From positions 1 through 58,845 of the forward strand of contig ADNK01000066.1 of the NCBI GenBank assembly GCA_000320545.1: a stretch of DNA of 58,845 nucleotides, written 5' to 3'. The stretch's first letter is position 1, and each line of letters begins with the position of its first letter. The notes under the pieces are model-generated. The model made no database searches, was not told where the DNA came from, and saw nothing but the letters and a program-made list of their open reading frames with translations. The position numbers and the translations under genes are program-made. Source of the stretch: Bigelowiella natans CCMP2755 (Eukaryota > Protista > Cercozoa). This document shows positions 39,214 through 54,466 of the stretch, one piece after another.

Positions 39214-39869
39214 TGGACCTATAGATTTATATTCTTTGTCAGCTCATCTAACTGTGTATTAGAAATGTATTCGTTTTGGTTTTCAACAAAAATGGTTGTA
39301 TATGGGTAAGATCCTGCCTGTTTATGCTAATTTGCGCGAATATCTCTCCCTCCCCCCCCCCCCCCCCTCTCTCTCTCTCTCTCTCTGTGTGTATGTGTGA
39401 TTCTTCCTCCATGTGTAGACGTGGCCAAGGCTGTCGAGGACGCTATCTTTAGGATTGAAACGATTAGTAACGAATCACATCAGAGATACGCTTAAATAGA
39501 TAAATAACAATATAACCCTTAAACACATTCACACACACACACATACAACTTGCATCATCATCATCATTCTTCTGCTGCATGGTAAAAGCCATATGATGAC
39601 TCAGAGCCGTCCAAAGTTGAGAAGGGCAAAGAAGACGAATACATTCAAGTTTTACTCATTTCACCGACCTCGAGCCCCAACCAGGTCACTGGCCACTATC
39701 GAGCAGCAAAGATAAAGAATTAATCACTATTCTTAGTAGCAGTAGAAATAGTAGTGGTAGTGGCAGAGAGGAGGCTGTTCACAAATACGCATGCTCATGA
39801 GAGCAAATGTCATGTGTTGTTTCAAAAGTGAAGGAGGCTACCTATCACCTACGAGTATTGTGTGTATGT

Positions 39870-39906
<37 letters not shown>

Positions 39907-41960
39907 CAAAAACTTAACACACGTTCTTCCTTCCTTCCTGCAGAAAATACCGTTGGTCTTGCGTCCGCACGGAGGGCCTCATTCTGGTCAAAACTAACCA
40001 AATGTGTGAAGTAGCACAACAGGAGGAAGTTGCATGCATTGATCTTTGACGATGATGGAAATGATGAAGAAAACATTCCTTTTTTATTCTCTTTCCTCTC
40101 TTCCTTTTCTCCCTCTCTCTGCTACTACTGCTGCTGCTACTACTGCTGCTGCTACTGTACAACAGGATTTAGCACTAATTTTGACTGGGGGAATGCGTTT
40201 ATGGTAATAAGTAGGATATGATGTATTCAATGCGCCTTGGGTGTATCATCACTTAAGAGACTCACACGCACACACACAATAGTATTTATATCTTTTTTGT
40301 GTGTATAATGTCGTGAGAATGGCCAGTATCTATCCGTTTGTGCTTTTTCGCTTCGACTTTCGTCGGTTGCACAGTGTAAATCAATAGATGACGCACCCTC
40401 CCTTCGATTGATGTGGAATCAAGAAGAAAGTCAATGCTTTACCATCGCATCTATTGAATCTTCTGCTGTGCCTGAATACGCCTGTTTATGTTGCTTTTAC
40501 GATGATTGAAGGTGTCACAAGGATTTGCTGTTGCGTGTGTCAATTATCGTGGATCCATTGGATATGGCATGGTGTGTGCATAACGATCATAATATCAAGC
40601 AGTGCTGTTAGTATGTTTCTCCTTCTATCTCCTTCGTCTCCAGTTTTCTCTTTGCTTCCTTTCTCGCCCACTCATTTAAACAGACATTAGTAATAAGTAA
40701 ATGAACAAATAAGAGTGTTTCTTGTGACATAATTGCTGTACAATCATCAATAATCTTAATACCATCCAGAGCATGCTCTCCAGCCTTCCGGGGCACTGCG
40801 GCCGCCAAGTCCGAATTGCATAGTGAATCAACGTGGAGGGGGGGAGGCCATGGAAACTAGATAGATACTCTTTCCTTTCTAATGAGACATGAAATATGAT
40901 GTGAATGCATTGAGGTGATCTTGCAGCATTGCTTTGCCAATGACGGTATTTATCGTGGACAATACCACATCATCATACAATCTCTTCTCCCCTTTCGAGA
41001 TGGTTACTGCCCTGCCTTGTTGCTGTGCTTCTTCCATTTCGCCAGGACGTTGATGATTGTATGGATGCTCTCCGCCACGGTATGAGCACATACCTCATGC
41101 CCTTTTTACCCCCCTCTGCCTCCCTCTCCCCTGCAACGTGTAGTCGCTCATTCACACACATCGTACATAAAATACAATCATGCGGTTGATGATCAAGAAG
41201 ATCCTTCGATTCGCTAGATGGCGTGTACAAAGAATGCTAGCCGTGGGATTTTGGAAATCCTCCGCATACACCATCGGCTAATATAAACATAAAATTGTTG
41301 TAATGCTGTTTCTATTGCAAAGTGCTAAAGCTTAAGATAGAGACCAAAGCTTACCCAAAGGCGACGTCGAGTAAATCAGATGTTTTGAGTTATGACAAAG
41401 ACAACGTTATGGTATGTTAGCAATACGCAATGGGATTACTACGTGCAATGTATATATTCTTGATGGCCCTTATAATCGATTAATGGAGGACAATACGAGG
41501 GCTATTGTTGAGGATATCTATGTAAACTTATGCAGGTTTGGGGAGGCAGCCATGGAGGATTTTTGACCACGCACCTCATCGGTAGTACTTCGTAGCAATA
41601 GAAAGTAGCAGTAAGGACGATGATAATATTCATGCTGCTCGTGATGCTCAAGATGAAGATGCACTTCCAGTTATAGCTATTTGTGTTCTTCGTCATATAT
41701 ATTGAATCCTATCTCGCCACTCTTTCCAGGACAGTTTCCAGAGACCTTCTGCCGTGCTGCGACACGAAATCCAGGTTGAATTGGATTGTTATATCTATTG
41801 ATAGGGGAGGGGGGGGGTCGCGGAAAGGTGATACTCTTGATGCTATTGGCTGGTATTGATATAATTTATGATGAATAAATTTGGTACTATTAGTCACCAA
41901 CTGCGCTTTTATGGTGACGGAGACGGACATTCCTGACTGGTAGTAGGAACATATAACGGA

Positions 41961-42016
<56 letters not shown>

Positions 42017-42113
42017 GTATGCAACAACGATGCCGCCAAGGATTCATCGATAATGTTAAAATAAGAATTCTAGAATAAATATCATCTATAGTTAATATCA
42101 TTATCAGCAGTAC

Positions 42114-42154
<41 letters not shown>

Positions 42155-42925
42155 CAGGTGCTATATCGAAGGGGGTCTTGGCCCATATCACCCCGGCAAG
42201 TTTTTATCTAGGGAACAAATGGCAAAGTTGTACAATATGAGCCCCATTGCGTACGCTTCGAATATACGGTATTGATGCAGCATATAGCATACATATTTGA
42301 ACAATCAAACGGCAGTGGTTATCAGCATCTTCGGGCCATCATCATTATCATCATTGTCATCATCATCATTGCAATCAATTTTAATGCAGAACTCCTCTGT
42401 TGATGCTTCTTGGGATGAAAGATCTGCGTGTGCCGCCTTCGCAGGGGCTTAACTTCTTCAAAACCTTGAAAGCTAAAGGAGTGGAGACGAGGTGGTGTAA
42501 TATCAAAGCAACCTTAATATAGATTTTTAGATTATGTCATTGACTTCTTCCCTGTAACAAGTAAAGCTGCATCTCTCCTAATCTCGATGTGGTTTTGTTG
42601 TCGCTGACATTGCTGTCTGATGTCCCCCCCCCCCCACCCCCCCGGTATTTACTCCTGTTTAGGTGTCTTACGTACCCAGAGTCGACGCACTCATTAAGTG
42701 ATTCAGTTCGGACAGAAGGCAATCCTAAAATAAATATGATTGATGATGTGAAAGGAAGATAGATAGAGAGCAGCTGATGTTCATGAACAACTGCAAGTAT
42801 GCTTGTGTTTATGCGTGTGTGTTTCGTCATCGCTTGATGACTCCGACTACCTCGTGAATCTTGATAAATGCTAATCAGCGGACGTCTGGATAAATGTCGT
42901 TCATTGGTTCAAGATGCGTAGTTAA
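34599..42925 (+). CDS. APEH: Acylamino-acid-releasing enzyme (acylaminoacyl peptidase, family S9C)
   Basis: Exons encode ISWSLDETKIVYVAEP, EHWGE, RRMGLTYYNSRPSSLY, PLVLRPHGGPHS, VNYRGSIGYG, DVDDC, GGSHGGFL (catalytic Ser at 41548), TDIPDWC, MSPI, TPLLMLLGMKDLRVPPSQG (Asp), YPESTHSL (His) and EADVWINVVHWF. The catalytic triad is complete. Confidence 0.93.
36833..36942. repeat. (TG)n followed by (TGTGCG)n alternating purine-pyrimidine tract in an APEH intron
   Basis: Read directly; about 110 bp of uninterrupted RY alternation. Confidence 0.9.
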
Positions 42926-44201
42926 TGCGTCAACGACAGACAATTGAATGCAACCGCAAAGATAAAACATCATAGCAGCATCCTCGGGCATGGATTACGA
43001 CACAAACCTGGCATTGATCATGTATCATTGTGGAAACTAGGTTATTGTCATGTTTGTTTATTAGAACCCCAAAGCAATACAAACGCTATGCATGTAAAAG
43101 CAACTGCTGCGCAAAACTCTCTGATAAAAGCAAAGCAGATCGATATGAACATAATGCAGGCAAAACATCTAGAATTGTGTAGCAACTCAACAACCCTGCT
43201 TGTGTTCGACTTATTTTGAACAATTGTTTCAATCATGAGACAGAGCGTGTTCACGTGCTGTTTGTGTCGAGGCGTGGCGACGCTACAATGCTGTTGCGAT
43301 CATTAATTATGCACCCTGCGCACATCCGCCAGCAAACGTAATCACGTGTTTCATGTAATGCACACGTGGGCCTCAGGGCAAACAACACATGCGATGCAAT
43401 GGACACACAGTGTACATGACATCATGAGTGATTGAGTGTGTGCGTGTGAGTGTGAGTGTGAGTGTGTGGATAGCTAGTTCATGATAATATGTATATAAAA
43501 GACACAGTAATATTGCAAATACAATACAATATTATATTGCCTACAATAATACATCATGTTGAGTTGCCTATGATGTGTCTGCAGTCAACAGCCAGCAACA
43601 CACAAGTCTGTACCACTGACTAGAAGTCTGGATGAAATGCACGAATTGCATTAGCGTCGCCAGTGGTGTACGCGTATGCATAGAAATCGATACCACAATT
43701 AACGTTCCTCACAATGACGATTGCATCGATCATATTGTGAGCTTGCACTATCCATCATTGAAGCACAGCATGCAAAGGAAATTTAGCCCCATTCTCATCA
43801 AGCAAACCATGGTGCTCCAAGCCGACTAGTGGTTCTTCTAGAAAATGCCCAGCCGAGCGAGCAGTGTCCAAATTCCTTGCGTTTTTCTTGAGCGACACAC
43901 TTTCAGACAATTATGTAACAGCCGGGTTTTTTATTGGACGACATCACAAAATAAAGAATTATTTTTGCAAATAAATGTTAAAAGAATCACACGCAGATCG
44001 TCATTCCTAGGAGAGATTGACTAGGGATTTATTGAAAATTACACATGAAATTCGATGTCGCTAGATAAATACCGCACATATTTCTTACCAAATTCACATC
44101 TGCTTGCTCTCGTTAACTGCCCAGGTTCGCCTCTCCTTGCACAAGCGCCTACCCGCCCCCTTCCCTGATTTAGGGTAGGGGGGAGCAGGCTGGCTATTTT
44201 G

Positions 44202-45737
44202 ATGGATGAAAGCTTGCGATTGAAGGTGGTGTATATAATATTGCTGTATTAGTTTGCAAAATTCAACACATAAACGCAGCAGCATGCAGTTATTCTAAGT
44301 CAATTAAGAGCACACTGTTTTATTCAGTGCGAAGCTGGAGCTGTGCGACTCCTGGCAACTTTCTTCTTTTCGTTCTTTCTGTCTCTTGGGCTACACCCGA
44401 GCAGGATAGCAGAGGAAACTGTACGAAGGGATGTCTTTGTTGGGGCTTCAATAATAGGTAACTATTCAAACGCAAGAAGAATAACTCAACAAGAAAACAT
44501 CATCATCATCGTTGGCTCCAAAATACGACTCCATTTTGCAACCTTTACAGGCTTGACGGGTGGAGGAGGAAAGGGACGGAATAAGTATCGAGCTCCCAAT
44601 CCAAATAAACGCGCAAAGGTCTATGCTGGGGGCAACAAGGGAAAGAGCATGGTACTATCTCCAGCCTGATAAGTTCTATCATCCACCTTCCTAATTCCAT
44701 TTGTTTGGTACATTCTCTGCCTATCTGGTTTGATCCGTGATATATCACAAAGCTCTCTCAAGGCATGATGAAATCACTTCAACCAAAGCAGTCTAAGAAA
44801 ACAACAACAGGACGCTTCTCGCAGAAGAAGAAGGAAGAGGAGGAAGTAGATCCAACAAACAACTTTAAACGAGGCTTCAAGGTATCGTCGTCAGCAATGA
44901 CTTTTTCCTTAAAAGCAAATAGATCATTATTGGCTCCCTAATCATCATGCATGCATTAACGTCTTTAAAAGGCTCAGAGCCATAATCCGTAGTTTGCATT
45001 TAGTATATGTTTCCCTTTCTTCTTCTTCTTCTTCTTCTTCTTCTTCTTCTTCTTTTCCTTCTTCTTCGTCTACAGCCTAAAGATAAATACCGACTTTACC
45101 AAGATGTCATCCACACAAACGATGAGGTAACATTTCTTTGGATTCTTTTGGGGAAGAGAGAAAGTATACAAACAATTGCACTTCGCCCACGCATTATTGA
45201 TATTCTTTATCTTTCCACGCACATACTACATGAAACAATCGTGTGTTTGCTCGATTGGTCTAACGGGTAACGAATCATTGGCAGAAATGGAGACGAAAAG
45301 GAGAGATCGCAGCTAGTTGGAATGAAAACTACAGCTCTAAACAAAGCGAACGACCCGTTTCATCCTGGAGAGTCAACAGGCCATGGGTAGGATGGAGATG
45401 ACGATGATGATGATGATGATGATGAGATGGTGATGATGCTGGTTGTGATCACGAGCGAAAAAGCTTGCAGAAAGGCATTTAGCCTGGGAGGTGTTGCATC
45501 TTGTATTGTTGTATATTTATTCGGTTATCCTGTGATTGTAGGGAGATCTGTACCACCTGAACAATAATGCGGACAACGGAAGAAGAAGAAGAAGAACAAC
45601 AACAACAAAAGGGGGTGATAGTGATCACAACGACAACAAACAAAAGAGCCATCACCCCAAAGGTCGTACCTAACTGGCATTAGGCGAAATCAAAATCCGC
45701 TACTAATGTATCAATCCATAGGAATAGTGTTATATAT

Positions 45738-45807
<70 letters not shown>

Positions 45808-45916
45808 CTTAAATCGTTGAGAAGACGTTTCCTTGATTAGGGGATGAAATGGACATACACGATGAGATGCAACGTAGTAGCCGTAGTAAGACTTCTTCAG
45901 GCAAAAAAGGTCATCA

Positions 45917-45998
<82 letters not shown>

Positions 45999-47564
45999 CT
46001 GCCTGATATGCACAAACACGCGCACACTTTTAAAATAGGGAAAAGGACATTCTACGTGGATGGATTCGATGGCGGTGAGGCAGAATAAGAAGAAGAAGAA
46101 AAGAATAAGAGAAGGATATTGACCATCATACCCATAATCATTGCCTCCTCCTTTTCTACTGTTATTTAAAACAAACTATGATTCTTTTCAGTAAAGATAT
46201 TCGCTACAATTTGGCTCTCGCTATGGACAAATACATGCCAAGATATCTATATTTTAATGCTGAATTTAGATTTCATATTACGAGAGATGTTTCCTTTTAA
46301 CATATTTATATCTGTTTATTTTGGCAAATTTCCGGTAATAAGGCGTATCTTTCATGGACGGATACGCATCATTCGAGAGCGATTCTCGGATACCTGATGA
46401 GGAGAAGTGCAGGTATCTAAATGACATTGACCCTGACAATCAGGACAACGACAGTAGCATCAGCTCGGAATTTGAAGACTGTGAAGGTACGTTTGCTGAT
46501 GATAATGAGAATGTTAGTAGCATATACTTGATGGTTGGAGATAGTAGCGTTGATGAGCGCCGTTTGGCAGTAGTACAATATCCATTGGTGTTAGAAGCAT
46601 CATTCTCAGAAATCTAGTAGCTGACTGCTGGAGTGATGCCGCACCATACGCACACACACACACACACACAGACACACACACACACATAAGCACAATCACG
46701 CGCACTAGTACATAACACATACAGATTTAGGTTTGCATATATTTAACACACATGTCTAGTATAGACGTACTACGTATGGCGCTGCTACCTTACACATATT
46801 GGTCTTCGCTATTTTCTTTCGTTCTCCTCCTCACCACCCCTTTTCCACGTTTACCCCGTATTGTTATACATGATAACAGATGACGAAGATACTGTAGATT
46901 CCAAGGTAAAAAACCGAGAAAGTTGACGACGATAATGATGATAATGACGATGTGTCTCTCTCGAAAGAAATAGTAATAACCTAGCTTCACAAATAGAATG
47001 TCTTCCTCTCTTCTCTCTGAATTATAGGAATTGGAACGAGTAGCTGCAGTTGAGCAGCAGCTAAAGGAGGTACGTGCTTGCATTATTTCTTGGTCATCAT
47101 CATTTTCATCATCATCATCATCATCATCGTCATCATCACTTTTACGATGTTAATGGTTATGCAATGGCGTGTTTGCAGCAACAACAAGTGCTACAGGAGT
47201 CATCCTCCGCCTTCAACCTTCCAATACCAGACTATTCAAGATACTACCGCGACCAGCACAAAATACACTTCTCAACGCCGCAACAACACCGAACTCGAAA
47301 TGATAGAAAGAATGACAAAGACAAGGGAAGGGAAAGCAGGAAACACCATCGTAGTAGTACCTCTTATTCCAAATCCAAACGCTGTGATGATGATATTGAT
47401 GAGGAGGAGGATGAGAAGGGTAATCATACTGCCAAAAACCAACGATGATTATTGTGCAAAGCACACGCAGAATACACTTATACCCATGATTCATATGTAT
47501 ATTCATACTTATGCATTGATTGCGTAGTTTAACTAAAGTACTTTTGTGTGTGCCTGTGCCTGTG

Positions 47565-47601
<37 letters not shown>

Positions 47602-47944
47602 CTGTGCGTGTGTGTGTGTGGGTATATTTCTCCTCCGTGTTGGTAAAGTTAATGGGGGCAATAAAAGACAACTACCAAATGAAGAACAGAGGCCACAAGA
47701 AAGACCTAAATGGGGGGGGAAACACCATTACAAAAATAATCCTCCCTCTCCCCCCCGCCCTCCTCCTACGAGCTTTGATGCTGTTGTATATGAGGAAAAC
47801 GAGACGCTTTATCAGCGCCTTGGAGTGCACTCAAACGCAACAGAGATGGACATCAAAAAAGCCTTCAGAAAACTAGCAATAAAGTCATATATTTCTCATA
47901 TTTTGTCCCCTCATGATTTCCTGTGTTTTCCCCTCCTCCTCTTT

Positions 47945-47989
<45 letters not shown>

Positions 47990-48854
47990 CTAACTACAAA
48001 CTATGGACGATGATGGATGTGGTGCAGAGTCCACCCGGATAAGTTTCTGGACAAAGAGAAGAAGAAAAAGGTCTTGCAGTCTTTGTTCTAGCTGTGTTAT
48101 ATACAAGAGTGTATTGTAGATGGTGTGCAATCCATCCTGATACTTCTTGGAAATAATATGTCAGTATGGTACATTGAAATCGATGTGTCTTTGTGAGTTT
48201 CACTCATAATAGTAATACTGCAATTTCCAGGCGACTGTGGCTTTCAAGCGCATCAAATACGCGTAAGAAGGGCACTACATATGCAGAATTATCCTTATAG
48301 AATTAGGGTGGAAGGAGGGCTTGGGAGAGCAATACCATCATGCACGAACAATATAAACGCTATTTGTTTCTCAGTTTTGACAACCTTGTGGAGACTACGA
48401 CACGCAGTATCTATGACAAATACGGCGCTAAGGGCCTTCAACGGCACTTAGAAGGCGATGACCCATTACAAAGCGAAGATGGGTGTGACGACGAAGATGA
48501 ATCATCCTCAGGAGATTCTTCTCTCTTAGCACAGCAGCGTCAAAGGAGAGGGGAGAGGCGACGAAAGGGTAAAGCTAGAACTGGGAGACCAAAACGTATC
48601 GATAGCGTGTATGGTGGCGCCTTTGATGATCAAATTGGAGATGCAGGACGAGGAGGCAACAAGGACGCTTTTGATGTAAGTTTTAGTCGCAGAAATATAT
48701 GTTTGTATCATATCACAAAGAAAAATCACTGCCCGACTATCTGCTGTTTCTGCTATAGCAGCATAAATATAGGCAAAACCATCTTAGTTTGGTTTAGATC
48801 CTTGTAACGATAATGGATTTGTGTTGATATGTGAAATTATGATGATTCTCCCTG

Positions 48855-48897
<43 letters not shown>

Positions 48898-48993
48898 GAA
48901 TTTACCGAATATGTTGCTGGACAAGATAGTGGTTTTTTCAGTGCATTTGGACGCGACGATGAGTTATTTCCGGCGGATCAACGACGCAGATGA
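44202..48993 (+). CDS. J-domain (DnaJ/Hsp40) protein with N-terminal signal-like sequence and a long low-complexity region before a C-proximal J domain
   Basis: ETLYQRLGVHSNATEMDIKKAFRKLAIK|..HPDK..|ATVAFKRIKYA|FDNLVETTTRSIYDKYGAKGL is a J domain with HPD (~47800-48440), followed by a short G/F-rich tail ending ...DQRRR* at 48993. The N-terminus MDESLRLK|CEAGAVRLLATFFFSFFLSLGLHPS is assigned to the same gene by inference. Confidence 0.7.
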
Positions 48994-49567
48994 GAAACAT
49001 ACTTATTTCGTGCGAAAATAAAAATTCATCTGATATAATAGCTAATAAATTGTGAATCGATCGCTACTGCAACATCTGCAATCTTTGCATCTTTCAATTT
49101 ACTAAACTTAGAAGATCGTCTGTCGTCTTATTAACAAATTGCATTGTCATGAATGGTGCAGCTCTGTACTTGCTAGAGTACATTGGAATGCATCGAAAAT
49201 AAATACATATAAATGTACAGCGATTAGCTATCCGCGCTCCACGCCTGTGATGGGATCATCATGGCACACGCGCTGTTGCATTATAACGAAACATTCTAGT
49301 TCTCGTGTGCGTCTAGGTGTTGCGCGGAACTCGCATACTTAGATTTACATAGATGCAGTTATGCTATGCAGCGATAGCCATTTAATTTTTGCAAATGTTT
49401 GAACAAAATGATACAACAAATGTTCGCGGTCCTTCAGCTGTGGCTATTTTGTATTGGCATGTTTTTCTAGAACTACGTATTCGAATGAGAATCAGCCCTT
49501 GTTTGTGAAGACCCCTTGCGCAAATTGGATGAGAAATTCATATTAGATGACAATCTATGGGTAAATT

Positions 49568-49834
49568 TTATGATAAGTCGGTACATATGAAGACGTCCTT
49601 AAAAGTAGGAAGTGGTGAAAGGGAAAAAAGAACAACAAGAATTGGAGATAGTAATTGATGTATTGAACGTCAAAGCCTACGTTCTTGAAGCGCGCATTGT
49701 TTTTGAAACACGTTTCATTTTTTTCCAGCTCTTTTGCGAACTCTGCTTTGGATTTGGCTGCTGAAGTTACATTTTCAATTTAATTTATAATCTGTTCGTG
49801 AGGTCACTACTCGACGTATAATATACGTGTAAAG

Positions 49835-49902
<68 letters not shown>

Positions 49903-50449
49903 ATTGTGAGTCGAAACAAACGCTCAAAAATCATCTTCACACCCCCATGGTATTCGTTTCTTTCTTTATCTATTCTTATCGGTCATGGATTTAGGCATTC
50001 GCAATCCTCCTTCATTATGGTTCTGTATGTACTTATTGATCTCTCATTACCTCATTCTCCTCCCTTATATCAGACAGCGACATTGGATGGCGCTCTCCAT
50101 TCTATATTATAATAAATAATAGTGGTCTATGCATCATCACTGCAGTCACATCGTCAACCCATTCTAAATCTATTTGATCCTGATGTATGTTAATATGCAG
50201 TACCTGACTAGTAACAAGTAGTGCTTGTGTTACGGCTTGAATTCCCCTGAAGAAACCCTAATATATCCGTGGATGCAATAATCATCGGCTTCGGGTAATG
50301 AATATGCACACTGGCAGTGACATGGTTGTGTAACGACGCTTATTTTTTTCTGACCTTAGTTTGCTGCCGTTTGAGCTTGCGGAGCACTTTCTTCTGCTCT
50401 TTCTCTGTTTGATTTCCCTAGTTGATTTGACGAAGATTCATATAATTAG

Positions 50450-50483
<34 letters not shown>

Positions 50484-50935
50484 ACACATACATTCAATCA
50501 GGCCTCATACCTGCCTCCAGTGTGCCGTTACCATGTCAGCAATGAGAGCAACAAACAAGTTAACAATCACCACATTTACGACGATGTAGAATGTTATGAA
50601 GAACAACGAAGACCTAACGTAAATTCCAATACATTTTATATTGCTCATATATGTGCATCTAAGTCAGTGCATTGACATCTACATCATTTGCATACTCTTG
50701 CAACTCGACGGACTATTCTCCATCCTCCCACCTCACCACATACATACCCTATATTTGTCTCGTTGATCACTGCAAACATAATATCACTCCAGTTGTTTGT
50801 GGTGAAAATCTGAAACATCGTCATGACCGACCTAGTGTGTCGGATTATGTGTAAGCAATTACGCCTCGTTTGCAATAGAAAGGCATTCCACACGTTGTAG
50901 GCATGTGTGATTATGTGTGTTTATGTGCGTGTATA

Positions 50936-50974
<39 letters not shown>

Positions 50975-51112
50975 TGCTTTCAGTCACATCTCTCTACATG
51001 TGATATATCTTTACTTTGCGGTTGTATCAAATGATGCCCTTCCCGTGTCTCTGCTAGGTGATGGCAAGGTGCCACAATACAATATTCTTCCGAATGAAGC
51101 AAAGCTACACAC

Positions 51113-51151
<39 letters not shown>

Positions 51152-51351
51152 CGAGGGGAATCATGAACAAACTAACACAGTAAACTCTTTGAATGCGAAT
51201 TGGTTTACATTAAAAAAGTTAAAAAGCAAAACCTGTATGAGAGGAGAGCGATGAGGAGGAGGAAAGACACAACTATGCGAATGTAAGTGCCAGATAGCAC
51301 TGTACTCAGTTTATACATTCGGCTGACCCAACCTATGGGAAAATGCGAACA

Positions 51352-51391
<40 letters not shown>

Positions 51392-53253
51392 AATATATAA
51401 ATATGAACAAATAAACAAATATATTTACATATATCAATATAAATGTGTATGTTTCTACCCCAACATTACCTCGTACCGATTTCATCGTGCATACGCGAGT
51501 AACAAGTATGCATTGGAGACCTGCATCAACGCCATATGGAAATACAAACAAGATGTTATGCCAATACAAGCACATTAGCCAAATGTAGATCAACGGTAGT
51601 CGTAGTACAAGTAAAAGTGAGGATGAAGACAGATAATGATGATGATGATGATGATGATGATCATGGTTGAGACGATGGTACTACACTCCTTTAGTTTTTA
51701 CGTAAGATATCATTTATTCATCATCATTTTGTCTTTTGGATGTCTTTGTCGTTGTTATTGTTGTTGTTGTTGTATTTAAATGCAATAACCGGCCTCCCAA
51801 GCTTCATTATAGTAGCCTGTAACAAGCACAAATACTGTTGTCCTCTTTCAATTTCCCTATGATTTAGAAAATGAGCCTACCCAGACTTTCGAGCAGGACA
51901 ATTAAAAACTGCGAGAAGAGTGCAGATGCTACAATTGTTTAGTCTAGCCACTCGTTGCCACTCTTTGGGAGGGATTATGTCATGGTTTGAAGTACATTGA
52001 TGCAATTTCATATTCCAAGTTTGCATATGCATACACCACCACCTCCAGATGCACAAATATGCGAAGTTCTTTTCACTAATTGCAAAATAGGATGTGCTGA
52101 TTTTGAGCGAGGATATGTTGCATACTGAGCAGCGAGGCATTAAGTAGAGTGAGTGTGGCGCACCATTTTATTATTATTCGGCTATACCTGTACCTTTCTA
52201 GCAATCCATTTGATAGTGACGTGAATGACACCGCATATGATGAACCCAATATTGACATATCTCCATGGTTCAAAAACATTCCAATGAATCGTACATATGT
52301 TAACCATGAGGATAATACTTAGATTTACCTGAGTATGGTGCTTGTTTGCGTCTGGATCGATGCCCTTCATGTTAATTTAAGTTAAACTCAGCAAAGACCA
52401 ATGCCGCAGGATCGAGTTAGAAATTCAATTTTTTACCCATACCTATAGATGCACACGTAGATGACGTTTCCAAGTATCATCATCAAATTCCAATTTCTGT
52501 ACCATCTCTTACGCAACAACAGACAAAGTAAACAAGGGCTACTACATATCACCTTATATCACGTATACTCTTTTAGTGCATTCTGCACAACTTAACCCCA
52601 ATGACCAACATTCGATTACTTACGTTAGCTTCCAGATCTGCTGCCCACAGGAGTATAAAGAGACAAGATGTAGCAGACGAGTTTCGTTGTACTATTCGAT
52701 GTTAATCAATATAGAACCGTATCATGGTAACTTAGCTTCACATTGAGCAATAATGACATACTACTTCTTAGGTTCATTAAACCTTGCAAATTTAGGAGGA
52801 TGTTGTTGTTGTTGTTGTGCTTGTTGATATATCGTATGCGTATTACCAGAGTCACTGCTGATTCGAAACGTCCATGCATTGTTTGGGCTTTGAGCTATGG
52901 TGTAATAATTTCTTGATTCAGTAATCGATACTAAATCCCAAACGATTTCGTGATCTTATTTTTGCATTCGTATACGATCGAAAACTATCCCATTACTTCT
53001 ATTATACATCACCAATCTCAGAATACTACTACTACTGCTGAAATTTGTCATCCTCATCATCATCATCATCATCATCATCATAGAATAGGCACAGATGATT
53101 AGCACCTTCTTCGTGAACAACAGATCCTCTCCTCGTGTCAGATAGTGCCTAGTTGTTTCATCATCATTATATAGTATCGAGTATGCCTTCTGATCATCTC
53201 TGGGTCAAGAAAATACCGTTTGACCCTCCCCCCCCCACACACAATAATATATT

Positions 53254-53293
<40 letters not shown>

Positions 53294-54418
53294 AGAGAGA
53301 ACGAACAGCAATGATGATACGATCACCATAAATTCAACTGATAAACTACGTTAGAAGTCCTTCCTCTACTGAATGGCGGAGATAAGTCGTTAATACTACT
53401 GCTTTGCACACGAATACCGAGGTTCTGTCAACCAATAGGTGAAGCACACATGGGTATTACATCACCAAAATTACAGTATATGCATTGTTATTGTCATCGC
53501 TGTTGTTGGTGTTGTTGTTGTTGCTTGTGAAAATGCATATCTCCCATGTGGTTCTTGCTCATGTAGTTTTGCATCAATGCTTCATTCATTGTTCATTGTT
53601 TATTGCATGAACTTTGGATTCGCTCCAAGTTGATGGCCTCCCTTTCACCTTGACAGAGTGTGCGTTGTAAAGAAATAGAAGAAGGAGAAGAGGAAAAAGA
53701 AGAAGAAGAAGAGGAAGAAGTATTGCTAATGAGAAATGATGTAGAACTGATTGGCCCATACATGTAAATGAGCAATAAAAGCAAAATCTGTATAAAGAAA
53801 TGGACGAATTAGGTTTGAAACGGTGTCGTCTTCTTACCGAGCTATTACTATTCGCATCAGAGTTGTTTTGAGGTACTTTGTACTGACCATCTGTTTTGTA
53901 CTGACCATCTGTTTTAATTTCAAAACCATCATCGCTATTAAATGTAAGACTTACTTCATTCACATACAAGATTACGCATACCCTTGGATCCACTCCCGTT
54001 AGAATGTTGTCTGGTCAAGTGTGAGCATTCTATGACGAGGCGGCAGAATCGAACGAAGTTCTTCTCCGTCGAGAACTGTGGGATATTATTAGGGTTATTT
54101 ATGCTGTTATAATGATAGTGTGAATTGCTGCTGTGTATGACTGCTGAACATTTGTCTTGATCAATAAATATACTTCCAACGGTAAGAATAGCGCCAACGA
54201 TTCTCATCAGATCGTGTAGAATGTTGATGTGCTGCTGCCGCATGCTGTTGCTACCGCATCATCCTCGCCATCAACCGTAGTGACAACGTCGCACGCAGAG
54301 TCACAGAATAGCTTTAGTCTAAAAATGTAATCAGGGAAAATTTGCTAAGCTCAAACCGTTTGCCTTTCTTTGGCTCTCTGTCACACACACACAAACACAC
54401 ACACATAGGCAGGGGGGG

Positions 54419-54466
<48 letters not shown>

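Noticed and set aside
42197-42212. Possible ultrashort GC-AG intron (GCAAGTTTTTATCTAG) in APEH
   Set aside because: The frame reads through without splicing (PGKFLSREQM), and removing 16 nt would shift the frame.
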